From Candidatus Melainabacteria bacterium (GTDB taxonomy: Bacteria > Cyanobacteriota > Vampirovibrionia > Obscuribacterales > Obscuribacteraceae), in assembly GCA_016716405.1 (NCBI GenBank), contig JADJWK010000001.1, positions 678,713-742,712 of the forward strand: 64,000 nt of DNA, in the 5' to 3' direction. A model generated the notes under the pieces. It was not told the origin of the DNA. It ran no database searches and saw nothing but the letters and a program-made list of their open reading frames with translations. The position numbers and the translations under genes were made by a program. Shown here piece by piece: positions 50,478 to 62,345 of this stretch; the stretch's first letter is position 1; the number at the start of each line of letters is the position of its first letter.

Positions 50478-50852
50478 TCAAATGAGCGGCAGGTTGCCGC
50501 TCAGCTCATCGACCTCCGATTCACTGGCGGGCCCGAGGGCCAGGGCAGTGTAAGTCTTGACCCCAGCAAACTCGGTCTTGCCGAGATCCATCACCAGGTA
50601 GTGGTTGATTCCCTGGTCTACCGCCTGACGGTAAAGCTCCAGGAGCTCGACCTCGCTGTTTACGCTGACGACGATCTTGCGAAAGTTATCAGCCAACCAG
50701 GCGAGGATATCCGGGCTGTCCTTGAGTCTGGGAACCGGTCCGCTACGATCGAGAATCGCTTCCTGAGCAGCATGAGCAGCCTGGGCTGCGAGCTTGCCCT
50801 TGCGCATTCCCAGATCTTTGCGAACGATAATGACCATCTTGGGGTTGGCCAT
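50478..50852 (-). CDS. Peptidyl-tRNA hydrolase, PTH2 type
   Basis: KMVIIVRKDLGMRKGKLAAQAAHAA matches the archaeal/eukaryal Pth2 N-terminal signature. 124 aa. Confidence 0.65.
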   Translation of the reverse strand: MANPKMVIIVRKDLGMRKGKLAAQAAHAAQEAILDRSGPVPRLKDSPDILAWLADNFRKIVVSVNSEVELLELYRQAVDQGINHYLVMDLGKTEFAGVKTYTALALGPASESEVDELSGNLPLI

Positions 50853-50952
50853 GTTTCCTCCTTATCTGTTGGAAAAAGGACAGAGCCCGGGGCGGGTGAG
50901 CCGGCGCGAGCCAGCCTTCCCGCCCCGGACGTCTGCGAGCCGGACCAGGACG

Positions 50953-53442
50953 CTAGGCTGACGCCAGCGCCCACCTCTGGCCTCTTCCTGGACCCTCTTC
51001 CGCGACCACCGGCTGGAAGTCGATCAGCTCACCCTTGGCGACGGCGCTCAGAGTCATGCCGCGCTTGAATGTCTCACCGATGATGCCGTCCGCCAGCGGG
51101 TTCTCCATGAGCCGCTGGACGGCACGCTTCATCGGCCTGGCACCGTAGACGGGGTCGAAGCCCGTCTCGACGAGAAGCTCGATGGCGGAGGCATCCACCG
51201 CCAGCGAGATGCGATGCTCGCTCAGCAGCCGCTCTTTCAGCTCATCCACCAGCATCTCGACGATCACCTCGATATGGTCTCTGGTCAGACCGTCGAAGAA
51301 AATCATCTCATCGAGTCGGTTGATGAACTCGGCGGAGAACAGCTGCTTCACCGCCTCGAGCGCCTTCTCGGAGTTGACACCGAATCTGGCGCCGAAACCG
51401 ATACCGTTTCGCCGGGCTTCCTGGGCACCGGCATTGGTGGTCATGATCAGGATGATGTTGCGGAAGTCGATGGTTCGACCCTCGCCGTCGGTGAGCCGGC
51501 CGTCGTCCATGACCTGGAGCAGGACGTTGAAGATGTCCGGGTGCGCCTTCTCGATCTCGTCGAGCAGGAGCACGCTGTACGGCTTGCGCCGAATAGCTTC
51601 GGTGAGCAGCCCGCCGTTGCCGAAGCCGACATAACCAGGAGGAGCGCCGATCAAGCGCGAGACCGAGTGCCGCTCCATAAACTCGGACATGTCGAAGCGC
51701 ACCAGGTCCTTGATCTTGCCGGTGCGGATGAGCTGCAGAACCCGAGCCACCTGGGTCTTGCCGACACCGGTGGGACCGAGGAAAAGGAAGCAGCCGGCGG
51801 GGCGGTTGGGATCGCGCAGATTGGCGCGAGCCCGGCGCACAGCCTGGCTGACCGCCTTGATCGCGGCATCCTGACCGACCACCTTCTTGCCCATCTCCCC
51901 TTCCATGCCGAGCAGTTTGACCCGCTCGTCCTTCTCCATCTCCCCGCCGGGCACACCGGTGATCTCGCTCACCAGAGCGGCGATGTGTCGATAGAGCAGG
52001 TCGGGCTGCGGCCTGGCGTCAGCCGGCCCGGCTAGCAGGCGCGGCACCGGCATGGAGCGCAGGACGCGCTGCAGGAGCGACTCCTGCATCGCCGGAGGTG
52101 CGGCCAGGAGGGCCACCGGTCTGAAAGCCTCGCGTTCCAGAGCTAGTGCGGAAGCCGCCTCGTCGATCAGGTCGATGGCTTTGTCCGGCAACTGGCGCTC
52201 GCCGATATAGCGATCGGAAAGCAGAGCCGCCGCCTCGATGGCGTCATCGCCGATGAGCAGACGATGGTGCTTCTCGAGGACCGGGCGCAGGCCCTTGATG
52301 ATCTCGATGGTCTCGGGCACGGTGGCCGCCTCCACGTTCACCTCCTGGAAGCGCCGGTTGAGAGCGGCATCTTTCTGGAAGTGCTTGCGGAACTCGTCCA
52401 CCGTGGTGGCGCCCATGATGGTGAGCTCACCCCTGGAAAGGGCAGGCTTCAGGATGTTGGAGGCGTCGAGACCGCCGGATGAGCCGCCCCCGCCGACCAG
52501 CGTGTGAAGCTCGTCGATGAAGAGCAGGATATTGCTCTCTTTCGCCTCTTTGACCACGAGGAGAATGCGCTCCTCGAACTCGCCCCGATACTTGGTGCCG
52601 GCCACCAGGGTGGCCAGCTCGATCTGGACGAGGCGCCGGTCCTTCAGGCAAGCCGGGACCTTGCCCGCGGCGATTCGAGCGGCAATGCCTTCGGCGATTG
52701 CCGTCTTGCCGACACCGGGGTCACCAACCAGGAGCGGGTTGTTCTTGGTGCGCCGGCCGAGAATGCGGATCGACCGGTTGACCTCTTTCTCGCGTCCGAC
52801 CAGACGATCGAGCTTCCCTTCTCGAGCCAGCTTGGTGAGATCGCGCCCGAATGTGTCCAGGGTGGGCGTCTTGGATGCCGGTGGGAGGGGCTGGCTGCCG
52901 TCGGCGGTAGAGCCTTCCGGGACTCCGCCGGCGGTCTCGAGCTGCTTGCGCCCGGCGCCGGCAGCGCTCGGCCCGGGTCGCCGTTCCAGTGTGCCTGCCT
53001 CGAGGTAGCTGATGATCACCTCGTGCACCTCGGCCGTGTGCACCTTGAGCCTGGCCAGGGCCGCTTTGACCTGGCTGTCCTCGAGGATGCCCAGGAGCAT
53101 GTGTGGCGTCTGACTGTAGTCCTTGCCCTGAGCCTCGGCCTGCTTGCCGGCCTGCTCGTAGGCCTTGTAAAGCTCTGCGGAGAAGACGATCTTGCCTTCC
53201 TCGTTGCGCACGCTCTTGGTCTGTGTCGAGAGTGCGATATTGTGCCTGGCACCGAGCAAGGCTTCGACCGCAGGAAGCAGCCGGCTCGAGTCGACGTCGA
53301 AGTGAGCGAGGATCAGAGCCGCGTCGGACTGCCGCTGCCTGGTCATCGACAGCAGCATGACCACAGGCGTGACGTGGTTGAGACCAAACGCCGCTGCGTC
53401 CCTGCCAGCAAGCTCGATGAGATTAGGTGTAGGACTCGACAT
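50953..53442 (-). CDS. Clp-family AAA+ chaperone ATPase (ClpA/ClpC-like, two NBDs, no ClpB M-domain)
   Basis: Two Walker A sites [10 protein letters not shown] and [10 protein letters not shown]-terminal Clp-N repeats. 829 aa. Confidence 0.9.
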   Translation of the reverse strand: MSSPTPNLIELAGRDAAAFGLNHVTPVVMLLSMTRQRQSDAALILAHFDVDSSRLLPAVEALLGARHNIALSTQTKSVRNEEGKIVFSAELYKAYEQAGKQAEAQGKDYSQTPHMLLGILEDSQVKAALARLKVHTAEVHEVIISYLEAGTLERRPGPSAAGAGRKQLETAGGVPEGSTADGSQPLPPASKTPTLDTFGRDLTKLAREGKLDRLVGREKEVNRSIRILGRRTKNNPLLVGDPGVGKTAIAEGIAARIAAGKVPACLKDRRLVQIELATLVAGTKYRGEFEERILLVVKEAKESNILLFIDELHTLVGGGGSSGGLDASNILKPALSRGELTIMGATTVDEFRKHFQKDAALNRRFQEVNVEAATVPETIEIIKGLRPVLEKHHRLLIGDDAIEAAALLSDRYIGERQLPDKAIDLIDEAASALALEREAFRPVALLAAPPAMQESLLQRVLRSMPVPRLLAGPADARPQPDLLYRHIAALVSEITGVPGGEMEKDERVKLLGMEGEMGKKVVGQDAAIKAVSQAVRRARANLRDPNRPAGCFLFLGPTGVGKTQVARVLQLIRTGKIKDLVRFDMSEFMERHSVSRLIGAPPGYVGFGNGGLLTEAIRRKPYSVLLLDEIEKAHPDIFNVLLQVMDDGRLTDGEGRTIDFRNIILIMTTNAGAQEARRNGIGFGARFGVNSEKALEAVKQLFSAEFINRLDEMIFFDGLTRDHIEVIVEMLVDELKERLLSEHRISLAVDASAIELLVETGFDPVYGARPMKRAVQRLMENPLADGIIGETFKRGMTLSAVAKGELIDFQPVVAEEGPGRGQRWALASA

Positions 53443-53858
53443 AGGATATCTCCTTTTGTCATTTGAGAGATCGACCGGGTGTTGATCCGGTCCGGTTAAC
53501 GAATGGTGGTCCCCGATTCGATTCCAGAGCCCGTAGCTATCTCCGCCAGCGAAGCCGCTGGGGATATGAGCTGTAAGCGCGCTGGAGTCGAGATTTCTGG
53601 GTCTTGTCCGGGTCTTGTGAGGATGTCTCTAGAGCGGAAGGAAAACCATTCGATAAATCCTGACTATCAGAAGAGAGTCTGAAAACCTAAAAAACTTATG
53701 TTACATCGATCCCCTTTACAACCTTTAACACTACGTATTCATAAAGGTTCGCGGATTTCGGGGCTCTCGGAAAGCTACTATATAAAGAAATAGAAGTAAC
53801 TAGAAAAAAGGCTGCCTCGATGAAGAGGCAGCCTTCCGGCCGGGGTGAGTCCTGTCTA

Positions 53859-55867
53859 TTACCCGGCCTTGTTGCGACCAAGGATACTGTCCCAGATCTC
53901 CCTGGCGGTCTTGAGCATGCCGCCAACCCAGGCGATGACCGGGGCGAAGACGGTACGGTGCACGACCATGTACACCGACACGAAGACATTCCAGATGCCT
54001 TCGAAGCCGCTCCAGAAGAAGTTGTAGATACCGACCAGAACCGGACGCAGCCAGGGCGTCAGGAGGAGGTCAGCCGGGAGCTTGACGATGATATAGGCCA
54101 CCGGGAAGAGCACCCAGGTGACCACGGAGCCGGCGGTCAGACCGATGAGGGCGGCGACCCACCAGTACGCTTCGTTGAGCAGGTAGAGGTTGTAGCCTGC
54201 ATAGAGCGCGGCGGCGATGCCGGCAGCGAAGCCGAGAGCCGAAGCGCCGATGCCCTTCAGGACCTTTGCCAGGAGCAGGTAGGTGATGAAGCCCAGGAAG
54301 GCGAAACCTGCCAGCAAAGCGATGGTCTTGATGCCCGGAGCCGCAGCCCAGGCTGCAAGACGCGGCCAGGCCTGCCAGATGGCGAGACCGACCAGGGTCA
54401 AGTTGGTACCGTGGGCGAAGAGCTCCCGGTAGGCGGTGGTGTCATCGTAAGAGCGCCTGATGACATGCTTGTCCCACCAGTCGGAGACCGAGCGTGCGGC
54501 CTTCTCCGTTTGCTCGTGCAGCCAGTCGAGACCCTTGCCGGCCGGCGTGGAGAGCCATGAGCGGGTGATCAGGCGCAGCAGGCTGTAGAGGACCGGGACG
54601 CCCAGGGTGAAGGTGAGGACCACGCCGCCGGCAAGAGCGGGCCAGAAAACGACACCCTGCCAGGCACCATGGAAGGTGCTGTAGATGCCGTAGCCTGCCG
54701 CGGCTGCGCCTGCAAGACCGGTAGCCACAGCGCCGGCGTCGCTGTCGAAGAGCTCTCCGAGGGCCACCCAGGCAGCCAGGAAGACCAGGATGGCGGCGGT
54801 GTAGACCGCATAGCCCGGCAGCACCGCGAAGACCGACACGCCGAAGAGGGCGACCATGCCCAGGGCGGCGGCGGCGACGAGGGCGGCGAGATTGCCGTAG
54901 AAGGTCCGGTATTCGCTGTCCTTCTCGTCATAGGTGTTCTCCAGCATCCACCTGACGCCTTCGAGAAGGGTCTTGATCAGACCGCTCTTGAGAAGACCAT
55001 GGACTGCCGGATAGACGTAGGCGAGACCGAGACCGAATTCCAGGACACAGGCGATATAGGTCGCCCAGACCGGCAGACCCAGGGCGGATACTGCCGCGGT
55101 GCTCAGGGGCAGGGCGGTGTAGACGCCGGATGCTGTTAGAGCCACGGCGGCGAAGTGCAGGTCGCCGTGCTCGAGGAGCTGGAAGAGGAGCACTGCCAGG
55201 ACCAGACCGATGACGCCGCCTGCCATCCAGCTGGCTACAGCCGGAGTGAGGGCGCTGCCCACCGCGGGCACGAGGGGAAGCAGCAGGGCATGTACGGCGA
55301 TGGCCCCCCAGACACCGAGTCCGAGGACGCCGGCGCCGGTCAGAAAGACCATCACGCTCTTCACCCATTGAGAGCCCTTGTCCTTGTCCTCCACGTAAGC
55401 CCAGAGCTTGCCGGAGCCCGGAAGAGCCGAGAGGAGCTCGATGGTGGTGTCGCAGAGCGGCTTGCCCAGGTCTTTGGCGCAGCGATTGGTGAACTTGAAG
55501 AACTTCTCCAGTCCTCTGTAGACCGGGTCAACCACGTAGAGGAAGGCTGCCGGCCAGATGATGTTGAAGGTGAGAAGGAATGCCACGATTCCCGCCGGGA
55601 ACCAGGCGAAGATGCTCCAGCCCATGGTCCAGCCGATATGACCGGAGGTCAGCACGGCGGCGCCGAGACCGAGAGCGAAGCCGAAAAGACCGTTGAAGAT
55701 GCCCCGCACCCAGCCGCGGTAGGCCTCCTTGCTCAGGCTCTTGCCGAGCTCGTAGAGCGGCATGACCAGCAGGGTCGCCGGTACCAGGAAGAGCAGGGCC
55801 AGAAACCGAAGGATCGGGTTTTTCGGGAGCTTCTCACTGTCGAGTGTGCGTCGAACTGTTGCGAACA
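53859..55867 (-). CDS. Large polytopic membrane protein (~669 aa, ≥14 predicted TM segments), unknown family
   Basis: Track ORF 53859..56141. Start set to ATG 55867 (MFATVRRTLDSEK…) with GAGGAAA RBS. Gly/Ala/Leu/Trp-rich hydrophobic segments throughout. Confidence 0.6.
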
Positions 55868-56261
55868 TAGGTTTTCCTCGTTCCGAATTAGTTAGAGTCC
55901 GCATCCCGATTGATTCGAGACGCGTCGGCGGTCGGACCGTCAGGTCGACCGAAAGGCAGAACCAGACTTTTTCCGCTGATGGCGGACAGATTGCGTGACG
56001 GGCTCTTGTGCTTATGGCGTTTAGAGTGTCGGGGTAAGCGGCTGTCTGTGTATGTCTGGTTCCAGAAAATGAAAAGCGATTGATCGAGAGTCTATGTTGT
56101 CTGGAAGTACAAAGCCATAGAAGTGACATTCTGGTTAACAAGAGTTATTCGTCAAGGCCTTGTGGAGCTGCGCTAGGGTCGGTTTGTGCTCAACGATATA
56201 ATATAGGATAATGCCGGGAGGCGACAAAGCGCACCGTATGTGGTGTGCTTTGCCGGGGCGA

Positions 56262-56774
56262 TTAATAGACCAGAATATGGTGAATGGCCTGGTGGATCAG
56301 CTCGAATTCTCTATCGGCGCCGGCAAGACCGGCAACCGGTCGCAATTTCCTGGAGCCGGAGTGACACAGGGAGCAGGGGCTCAAAGGTGTTACCCTGCAT
56401 CCGGAGGCGGTCTTGACCGTGGAGTTGTTTCCGACCATGGCCTGGCAACCGGCTTCGAGATCGAGATGGCTGCCCTCGCAGGCGAGTATGGTGGCATTCC
56501 TACCCGCCTTTATCCGGGAGCCCGGATAAGCCACAGTTATCGAGCCGGGTGGACAGATTGCCCGGTCTTTGACGAAGAGACAGCGTTTGGGCTCCGGCTT
56601 CGTCCTTCTCAGATCGAGGACTATACATTCGTCGTCCTTTTCGATGCTGGAGGCACCCTGGTCCACGACAATCGACCGGCGCCGGGCTTTCACCCTGGAG
56701 CCGGCCCTGGCGAAGACGATGGAAAATGGTTCGGCGTTGACTTCGGTGCCGTAACCGGCGGTTTGAATTTTCAT
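56262..56774 (-). CDS. Hypothetical protein with beta-strand-rich repeats (170 aa)
   Basis: Start ATG 56774 (MKIQTAGYG…) with AAGGAG RBS. Repeated G-S-R-[VI]-K-A / G-x-x-x-V segments and several Cys. Confidence 0.5.
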   Translation of the reverse strand: MKIQTAGYGTEVNAEPFSIVFARAGSRVKARRRSIVVDQGASSIEKDDECIVLDLRRTKPEPKRCLFVKDRAICPPGSITVAYPGSRIKAGRNATILACEGSHLDLEAGCQAMVGNNSTVKTASGCRVTPLSPCSLCHSGSRKLRPVAGLAGADREFELIHQAIHHILVY

Positions 56775-57309
56775 TCTTCTTCTCCTTGTAAAACGGCAAA
56801 AGACCCGCACATGCGGGTCTTTTGCCTGGTACGTCCGTTTTGTTCTATGTCCGTTTCAATGGAGCTCTATGGATATCCTCAACCTCCTCCCGGCGGCTTC
56901 CATCATCAGTTCTTCGATCGGCGGAAAGTCCACTGGTTATGTCTATGCGTAATCTCTAAATCCTCGTAGTGCGCCGGGCGATGGGCATTGCTTCAGTGTT
57001 CCATTGATGGTGACCTGGCAGTCTATGGTTGCGGGTGTTCTCGTCCTTGCTCGGCTTGGGTATTCGATAGCTCCAATCTGAGGCAAGCCGGAGTGCCAGG
57101 GCAATATTCAGGCCTTGACGAAACTGTTTGCTAGCCACAAAGGCTGGTGGTGCAAACCGAAAAGGTGACAGGAAGCGCGGCTGCGTGATCTTGACGAGAA
57201 TGAGGTTTTAAGCAAAAATACTATAAGATAAAGTAGAAAGCCCGCCAAGAGGCAAAGCCAGAGACCCTCTGGGGGACGCTTGCTTTGCCAGACGAATCAG
57301 TGGTGTTCA

Positions 57310-58026
57310 TCAACTGACGAAGATCCGGCGCATGATTCGGCTCTTTCCGAATACGGTTAGAGAGCCGACCACTTTGTCGGGTGACGCGCCGACGAAGGCT
57401 AGCCGGTATTCGATGGTGGCCTTGCCGTTCTGATTGTCCGAAGAGAAAACAGCGCTCTGGGTCTGAGAGGGCTCCAGAACGAACCGCACTTTGCCTTCCC
57501 GAATAAACTTGATCACGAAGGTGGCGCGGTCGTGGGAGTTATCGAACGCGACGAGGGCGGGTTTCTCGAGAAGCATGACGTCCCGGTTGCTGTTGGTGAG
57601 CTCCAGCCGGCGGGTAGCTCTGTCGTTGAAGAAATTCTCGATGAGCTGGGCGTCAGCGTGAACACCGATGATTTCTTTCCAATCGGAGCGTCCTTTCCGC
57701 TTCAAGAGCACCGTGAGCCCGACCCGGACTGTGGGTGGGACGATGGAAAGCGGTGTGGGCTCATGCAGGCCTGGAAAGCCGAAACGATCGATCAGGCTTG
57801 CTACGGACCGGCGCATCCTGAGAGTGAGCCAGATACCGACGAGCAGGGTAAAAACGAGCTGGGTCCAGAAGCCCAGGATATCCTCGGGCGAGGATGTCTC
57901 CACTAGAGGCGCCAGAATCCACGAGAGGATCAGGCGAATCAGCAGATAGGCCAGGACAAGGGCAACGGGGAAGGTGACAAGTACCGAGAGCCTCCGAAGA
58001 GCGGGGCTCGTGTTGGTGGTAGACAT
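57310..58026 (-). CDS. Membrane protein, N-terminal 2-TM hairpin + cytoplasmic domain (bacterial PH-like?)
   Basis: TM segments LSVLVTFPVALVLAYLLIRLIL and LVFTLLVGIWLTL. 238 aa. Confidence 0.55.
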   Translation of the reverse strand: MSTTNTSPALRRLSVLVTFPVALVLAYLLIRLILSWILAPLVETSSPEDILGFWTQLVFTLLVGIWLTLRMRRSVASLIDRFGFPGLHEPTPLSIVPPTVRVGLTVLLKRKGRSDWKEIIGVHADAQLIENFFNDRATRRLELTNSNRDVMLLEKPALVAFDNSHDRATFVIKFIREGKVRFVLEPSQTQSAVFSSDNQNGKATIEYRLAFVGASPDKVVGSLTVFGKSRIMRRIFVS

Positions 58027-58909
58027 GGAACGATCTCCAGTCAGGTTGCCACAAAGGGCAACTATAACGAAGGTTTCTGGTGTTAGTGACGGGGTTGAGC
58101 GGGAAGTCTTGAAGTCAAAACACGAAATTCAGGAATACCGGCAATATATTCAGCCAGGTAAGCCTCTTACAAGAGAGAATCTGATCATGGTCGCCGCCTG
58201 GTCAATCAGGTCGCTCATTCTGCTGCTTGCCGGAGGATTTTGTGCAAACAGCACACAGGCTGCGCAGGTAGCGCAGCCTGTAAGAAATCTCGAGCTGACC
58301 GGCGGGATCGGAGTCGCTTAGCTTATGCGTCCCAGCGAGTCTTGCTTCCTTGTCTTTCTGGACCTGGTGGTCTCGGATGGTTTCCAGAGAACTTCGCAGA
58401 CGCCATTGCTGCAGCGGGCTCGTTCTCTCTCTTCTTTGCTCGAGGCTCTGCCTTCCAGTTCCGCTTTGACGGTGGCGGACAGACCTTTGAACTGGTTGTC
58501 TCCCAGGGGCTCCGGTTTCATTCTAGGACTCCTACTAGCCTCGAATACGAGGTTGCGGTGTTTCACACCACCTCAGGGAAAGATTTCCCGCGATTCTGAC
58601 CGGAAAATATATTCCACATTTGGGGCGAATTGACTACATCAAAAATTGAATCTAGTACTACCATCGAGGCACATATTAGCAGCCAGGATCGAGTATGCAA
58701 GGGTATATCCCCCGGTTATCAGACTTCTCGGGAAGTGGGTCCGGGAGCGCCTGCTGGATGTCAGGCGGGTTTACCAATTGCAACGATCGATCTTTTTTGC
58801 CGCTTTGCAACGGCTGAAATTTTCTTATTCCCTAAGAATTGAGCGGGTCTTTCTGTCTCTGATAACCGGGCATCAGGGTTTGTCGACTTGGGTCGACTTG
58901 GTAAGATCC

Positions 58910-59434
58910 ATGGTGTCTTCTCGTCTCGGTACGGGCGATTTGAAAAACTGTCCGATGTGCGCCAAGAGTTTGAGCCTGCTTCCAATCGGAGGCAAAGACA
59001 GGCTGGCCTGCAAATTCTGCGAGTTCGTGCACTGGGACAATCCGAAGCCTGTGACCGCTACCCTGGTGCCCATGGCGAGCGGCTTAGTCCTGGTCAAGCG
59101 CAAGTTCGAGCCTTTCGTCAATGACTGGTGCCTGCCCGGTGGTTTCATGGAAGCCAGCGAGAATCCCGAGGAGTCAGCGGCGCGAGAGGTATACGAGGAG
59201 ACCGGCTTGAAGGTAGAGATCAGGGATCTTCTGGGGGCTTTCTCACCGGGCCGGGGCATCAATGTCGTGATTCTGTTCTATCTGGCCAGGGCAGCTTCTG
59301 GCCGGATGAAAGCCGGCGATGATGCCAGCGAGGTCCGCTCTTTCCAGTTCCATGAGCTGCCTGGCAATATCGCCTTCGAGCTGCATCGAAAGATGATCGC
59401 GCAGTTTTTCGAGGGGAACGGGCGCTCTCGTTAA
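58910..59434 (+). CDS. NUDIX hydrolase with N-terminal C4 zinc ribbon
   Basis: Nudix box GGFMEASENPEESAAREVYEETGL. CPMC…CKFC ribbon. An alternative upstream start at 58646 would add ~88 aa. Confidence 0.65.
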   Translation: MVSSRLGTGDLKNCPMCAKSLSLLPIGGKDRLACKFCEFVHWDNPKPVTATLVPMASGLVLVKRKFEPFVNDWCLPGGFMEASENPEESAAREVYEETGLKVEIRDLLGAFSPGRGINVVILFYLARAASGRMKAGDDASEVRSFQFHELPGNIAFELHRKMIAQFFEGNGRSR

Positions 59435-60399
59435 GTCTTATTAGCCGGAGGCTGTCCGGGGATCTTCGAGGCTAGAGCCTCGACCAGTTCGTCCACTCCG
59501 TCAATGCCCCCGCCGATCAAATAAGCCCATTTCTGCGTGCGGATCAGGAAGCCGTCCGGCAGGAGCGGCATTGTCGGTTTGACGCTGAGCACCTGGTTCC
59601 AGGTGAGGATGCGCTTGAAAAAGAGGGTCTGAAGGGTGAGCTCGCCGGGTGACACGGTGATCTGTCTGGGCATGAGCAGGATCATGATGGTACGCCAGGC
59701 GACCAGGGCGGTGATCAGGATGCAGAAGATGAGCACAATTAGTATGTCTTCACTCTTTTGAACACTGGCTCTCAAATCGAGGAAAAAGCACCAGAAAACC
59801 ACCGCGAACGTGATACCGATGAAAGCCTGGACGAATTGAAAAGTGAGAGCGATGGGGTCCTGGGAAAATCGAGAAAGCGGGCTAGATCTGCCCCCGGCGC
59901 TCAGAGGCAGACGGCTGCGAATGGTCTCCACGAGCTTGTCCACTTCGTTCAGCCAGATAGGAAAGGAGAGCTCTCCGTCATCGTGCTCCACGACATAGCG
60001 CTGCCAGTTCCAGTTCGAGCGCCTCTTCACCGCCTTAATTGAACGCCAGGCGCAACGCTCCTGACGGAACAGAGCCCGTGCCCTCAATCCCTCGTCCTCC
60101 ACAAGGACCGAATGAGTGATAAAGCCATAAGCTGGCAGCGTCAAGAAGGCAATGATGGCCAGGGCTATGATGACGACCTTGAATGTGGCGGGCAAACCGA
60201 GGAAATGACCGAGCAGGTGGAGTATGATTGGCAGCAGGATGAGCAGAATCATCACCGTAGCTTCGGAGAGGACTCTGGCCAGAACCATGGCCCGCAACCG
60301 GTACTTGACTATTGGCTGATTCGAGCCAGGCTTGTTCACTTGCTTTTTTGCTTGCTTTTTTACTTGCTGCACTAGCTCTGCAAGTCTTGTCGATGTCAA
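59431..60399 (-). CDS. Hypothetical integral membrane protein (322 aa)
   Basis: Multiple hydrophobic helices (VMILLILLPIILHLLGHFLGL, VVIIALAIIAFLTLPAYGFI, ITFAVVFWCFFL, LIVLIFCILITALVAW). Confidence 0.55.
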   Translation of the reverse strand: MTSTRLAELVQQVKKQAKKQVNKPGSNQPIVKYRLRAMVLARVLSEATVMILLILLPIILHLLGHFLGLPATFKVVIIALAIIAFLTLPAYGFITHSVLVEDEGLRARALFRQERCAWRSIKAVKRRSNWNWQRYVVEHDDGELSFPIWLNEVDKLVETIRSRLPLSAGGRSSPLSRFSQDPIALTFQFVQAFIGITFAVVFWCFFLDLRASVQKSEDILIVLIFCILITALVAWRTIMILLMPRQITVSPGELTLQTLFFKRILTWNQVLSVKPTMPLLPDGFLIRTQKWAYLIGGGIDGVDELVEALASKIPGQPPANKT

Positions 60400-60637
60400 G
60401 AAAACCGGACGAAGCCCGCTCCGGAAGCCGCTTGAGAGCCAGTGCTAACCATAGTGGATACTTAAGCTTTCTGCAATTCAAAATACTTGAAATCAGAAGA
60501 TATCAATCGATATTGTTTGCCAGTCTGTTTCTTCCGAACTTTTTCTCGATACCAACCAAATATCAATCCTTACCCGCCTCAACTAACCGGCTTTACGCGC
60601 GCATACCAGCGTGGCAGCCTCAAATGCAGGAGTTGTT

Positions 60638-62038
60638 ATGAATTCAGTACCTGATGTTTCGACTCGACTGGAGTCAGATTCCATGGGGACCGTCGCGGTG
60701 CCTGCCGGCGCCTACTTCGGAGCCAGCACCCAGCGAGCTCTGGACAATTTCCCCATCAGCGATTTACGCATGCCTGAGGAGTTCCTGGTCAGTCTGGCGA
60801 GAATCAAGTTTGCCGCCGCCGAGGTCAACTGTCTCGAAGGCATTCTCTCGCGTGAGCAGGCCGAGGCTATCAAGGCTGCCTGCCGCGAGGTTATCGATGG
60901 AAAGTTTTTCGACCAGTTCGGCGTCGACGTTTTTCAGACCGGCTCAGGCACGTCGACGAATATGAACATGAACGAGGTCCTGGCTCGACGGGCACGCGAG
61001 ATTGCCGGTCTCGATGCCGGTAAGAAGGCTGCCATCCATCCCAACGATCATGTCAACGCCAGCCAATCATCCAATGACGTCATCCCCTCGGCTCTGCACC
61101 TGAGCGCTCTCATCCTGATCGAGACAGCGCTCTTGCCTGCTCTCGACGACCTGGTGGCAAGCCTTCGCAAGAAATCTCGCCAGTTTCGGAGAGTCGTGAA
61201 ATCAGGGCGCACCCATCTCAACGATGCGACGCCGGTGACCCTGGGCCAGGAGTTTTCCGGCTACGCCGCCCAGGTGAGCGAGGCCAGGAAGGCCATCAAA
61301 CAGGCCGCCTCCAGACTGGCTTGCCTCACCATCGGCGGTACCGCTGTCGGCACTGGCGTCAATGCGCCCCGCTCTTTCGGTCGAGATGTCTGTGCGCTTC
61401 TGGCAAGCGATCTCGATCTGCCGGTGCGCAAGACGGGCAATCATTTTCGCAGCCAGTCCACGGTGGACGATGCGGTGGCGGCAAGCGGCGCCCTCAAGAT
61501 GCTGGCGGTGGCTCTCATCAAGATCGGCAACGATATTCGCTGGATGGGCAGTGGCCCCCGGGCGGGTCTCGGCGAGCTGCTCATTCCGGCGGTGCAGCCC
61601 GGTAGCTCGATCATGCCCGGCAAGGTCAATCCGGTCATCGCCGAGTCGGTTCTGATGGTGGCTGTGCAAGTGATCGGCAACGATGCCGCAATTACGGTGG
61701 CCGGTCAGACAGGCAATTTCGAGCTGAATGTGATGCTTCCGCTGGTGGCATACAACCTGCTCCAGTCCATCCGCCTGCTCAGCTCCGCCTGCAATAACCT
61801 CCGGACCAGGCTCATCGACGGTCTCGAGCAGACCGGACGCGGACCCCAGCAGGCAGGCAATAGCGTCGCCCTGGCCACCTCGCTAGCGCCGGTGATCGGC
61901 TACGATGAAGCGGCTCGGATTGCCAAGATAGCCGTTGCGACGGGCGAGTCAGTGTTCGATGTCGCCCGTCGCGAGACTTCCCTGCCTGTCGGGCAGTTGA
62001 AAACCCTTCTCGATCCGGCGTCCATGACCAGGCGCTGA
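60638..62038 (+). CDS. aspA: Aspartate ammonia-lyase (fumarase/aspartase class II family)
   Basis: GSSIMPGKVNPVIAE signature (the VNPVI variant favours aspartase over FumC's VNPTQ). AGGAG RBS before ATG 60638. Confidence 0.8.
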   Translation: MNSVPDVSTRLESDSMGTVAVPAGAYFGASTQRALDNFPISDLRMPEEFLVSLARIKFAAAEVNCLEGILSREQAEAIKAACREVIDGKFFDQFGVDVFQTGSGTSTNMNMNEVLARRAREIAGLDAGKKAAIHPNDHVNASQSSNDVIPSALHLSALILIETALLPALDDLVASLRKKSRQFRRVVKSGRTHLNDATPVTLGQEFSGYAAQVSEARKAIKQAASRLACLTIGGTAVGTGVNAPRSFGRDVCALLASDLDLPVRKTGNHFRSQSTVDDAVAASGALKMLAVALIKIGNDIRWMGSGPRAGLGELLIPAVQPGSSIMPGKVNPVIAESVLMVAVQVIGNDAAITVAGQTGNFELNVMLPLVAYNLLQSIRLLSSACNNLRTRLIDGLEQTGRGPQQAGNSVALATSLAPVIGYDEAARIAKIAVATGESVFDVARRETSLPVGQLKTLLDPASMTRR

Positions 62039-62071
62039 GAGGGTCGTAGCGAACAGTCAATGGAGAATGCC

Positions 62072-62284
62072 ATGAAGACCGAGCAAAGTGATTTCCGGGT
62101 CGGTGACCGGGTGGAGATCCTGCGTTACCGCAAGGAGATTGCCTGGGGTGATCGCAAGCCCCAGCGATTTGGTTTCATCACCAGCATCGATGGTGCTTAC
62201 ATCCTGATCCGCCCGCGCTGGTGGAAAGCCGGCGAGCTCATCGAGCGGTATCCCTCTGAGATCAGGCACGCGCCTGGCAAGTAG
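62072..62284 (+). CDS. Small hypothetical protein (~70 aa)
   Basis: GGAG RBS 7 nt before ATG 62072 (MKTEQSDFRVGDRVEIL…). Followed by a strong terminator. Confidence 0.45.
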   Translation: MKTEQSDFRVGDRVEILRYRKEIAWGDRKPQRFGFITSIDGAYILIRPRWWKAGELIERYPSEIRHAPGK

Positions 62285-62294
62285 GTGATTTTTC

Positions 62295-62345
62295 GAAATG
62301 CGGATGGAGCCGGTTGCTTCCATCCGCATTTCTCCTCTGTTTGGC
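62295..62345 (+). terminator. Rho-independent terminator
   Basis: aaatgcggatgga…tccatccgcattt 13-bp stem then ctcctctgtttgg. Confidence 0.8.

Noticed and set aside
51214-53466. Several 270-320-aa plus-strand ORFs (51214..52035, 52504..53466, 53820..54560)
   Set aside because: All antisense to the Clp ATPase or the polytopic membrane protein. Low-complexity, GC-driven frames.
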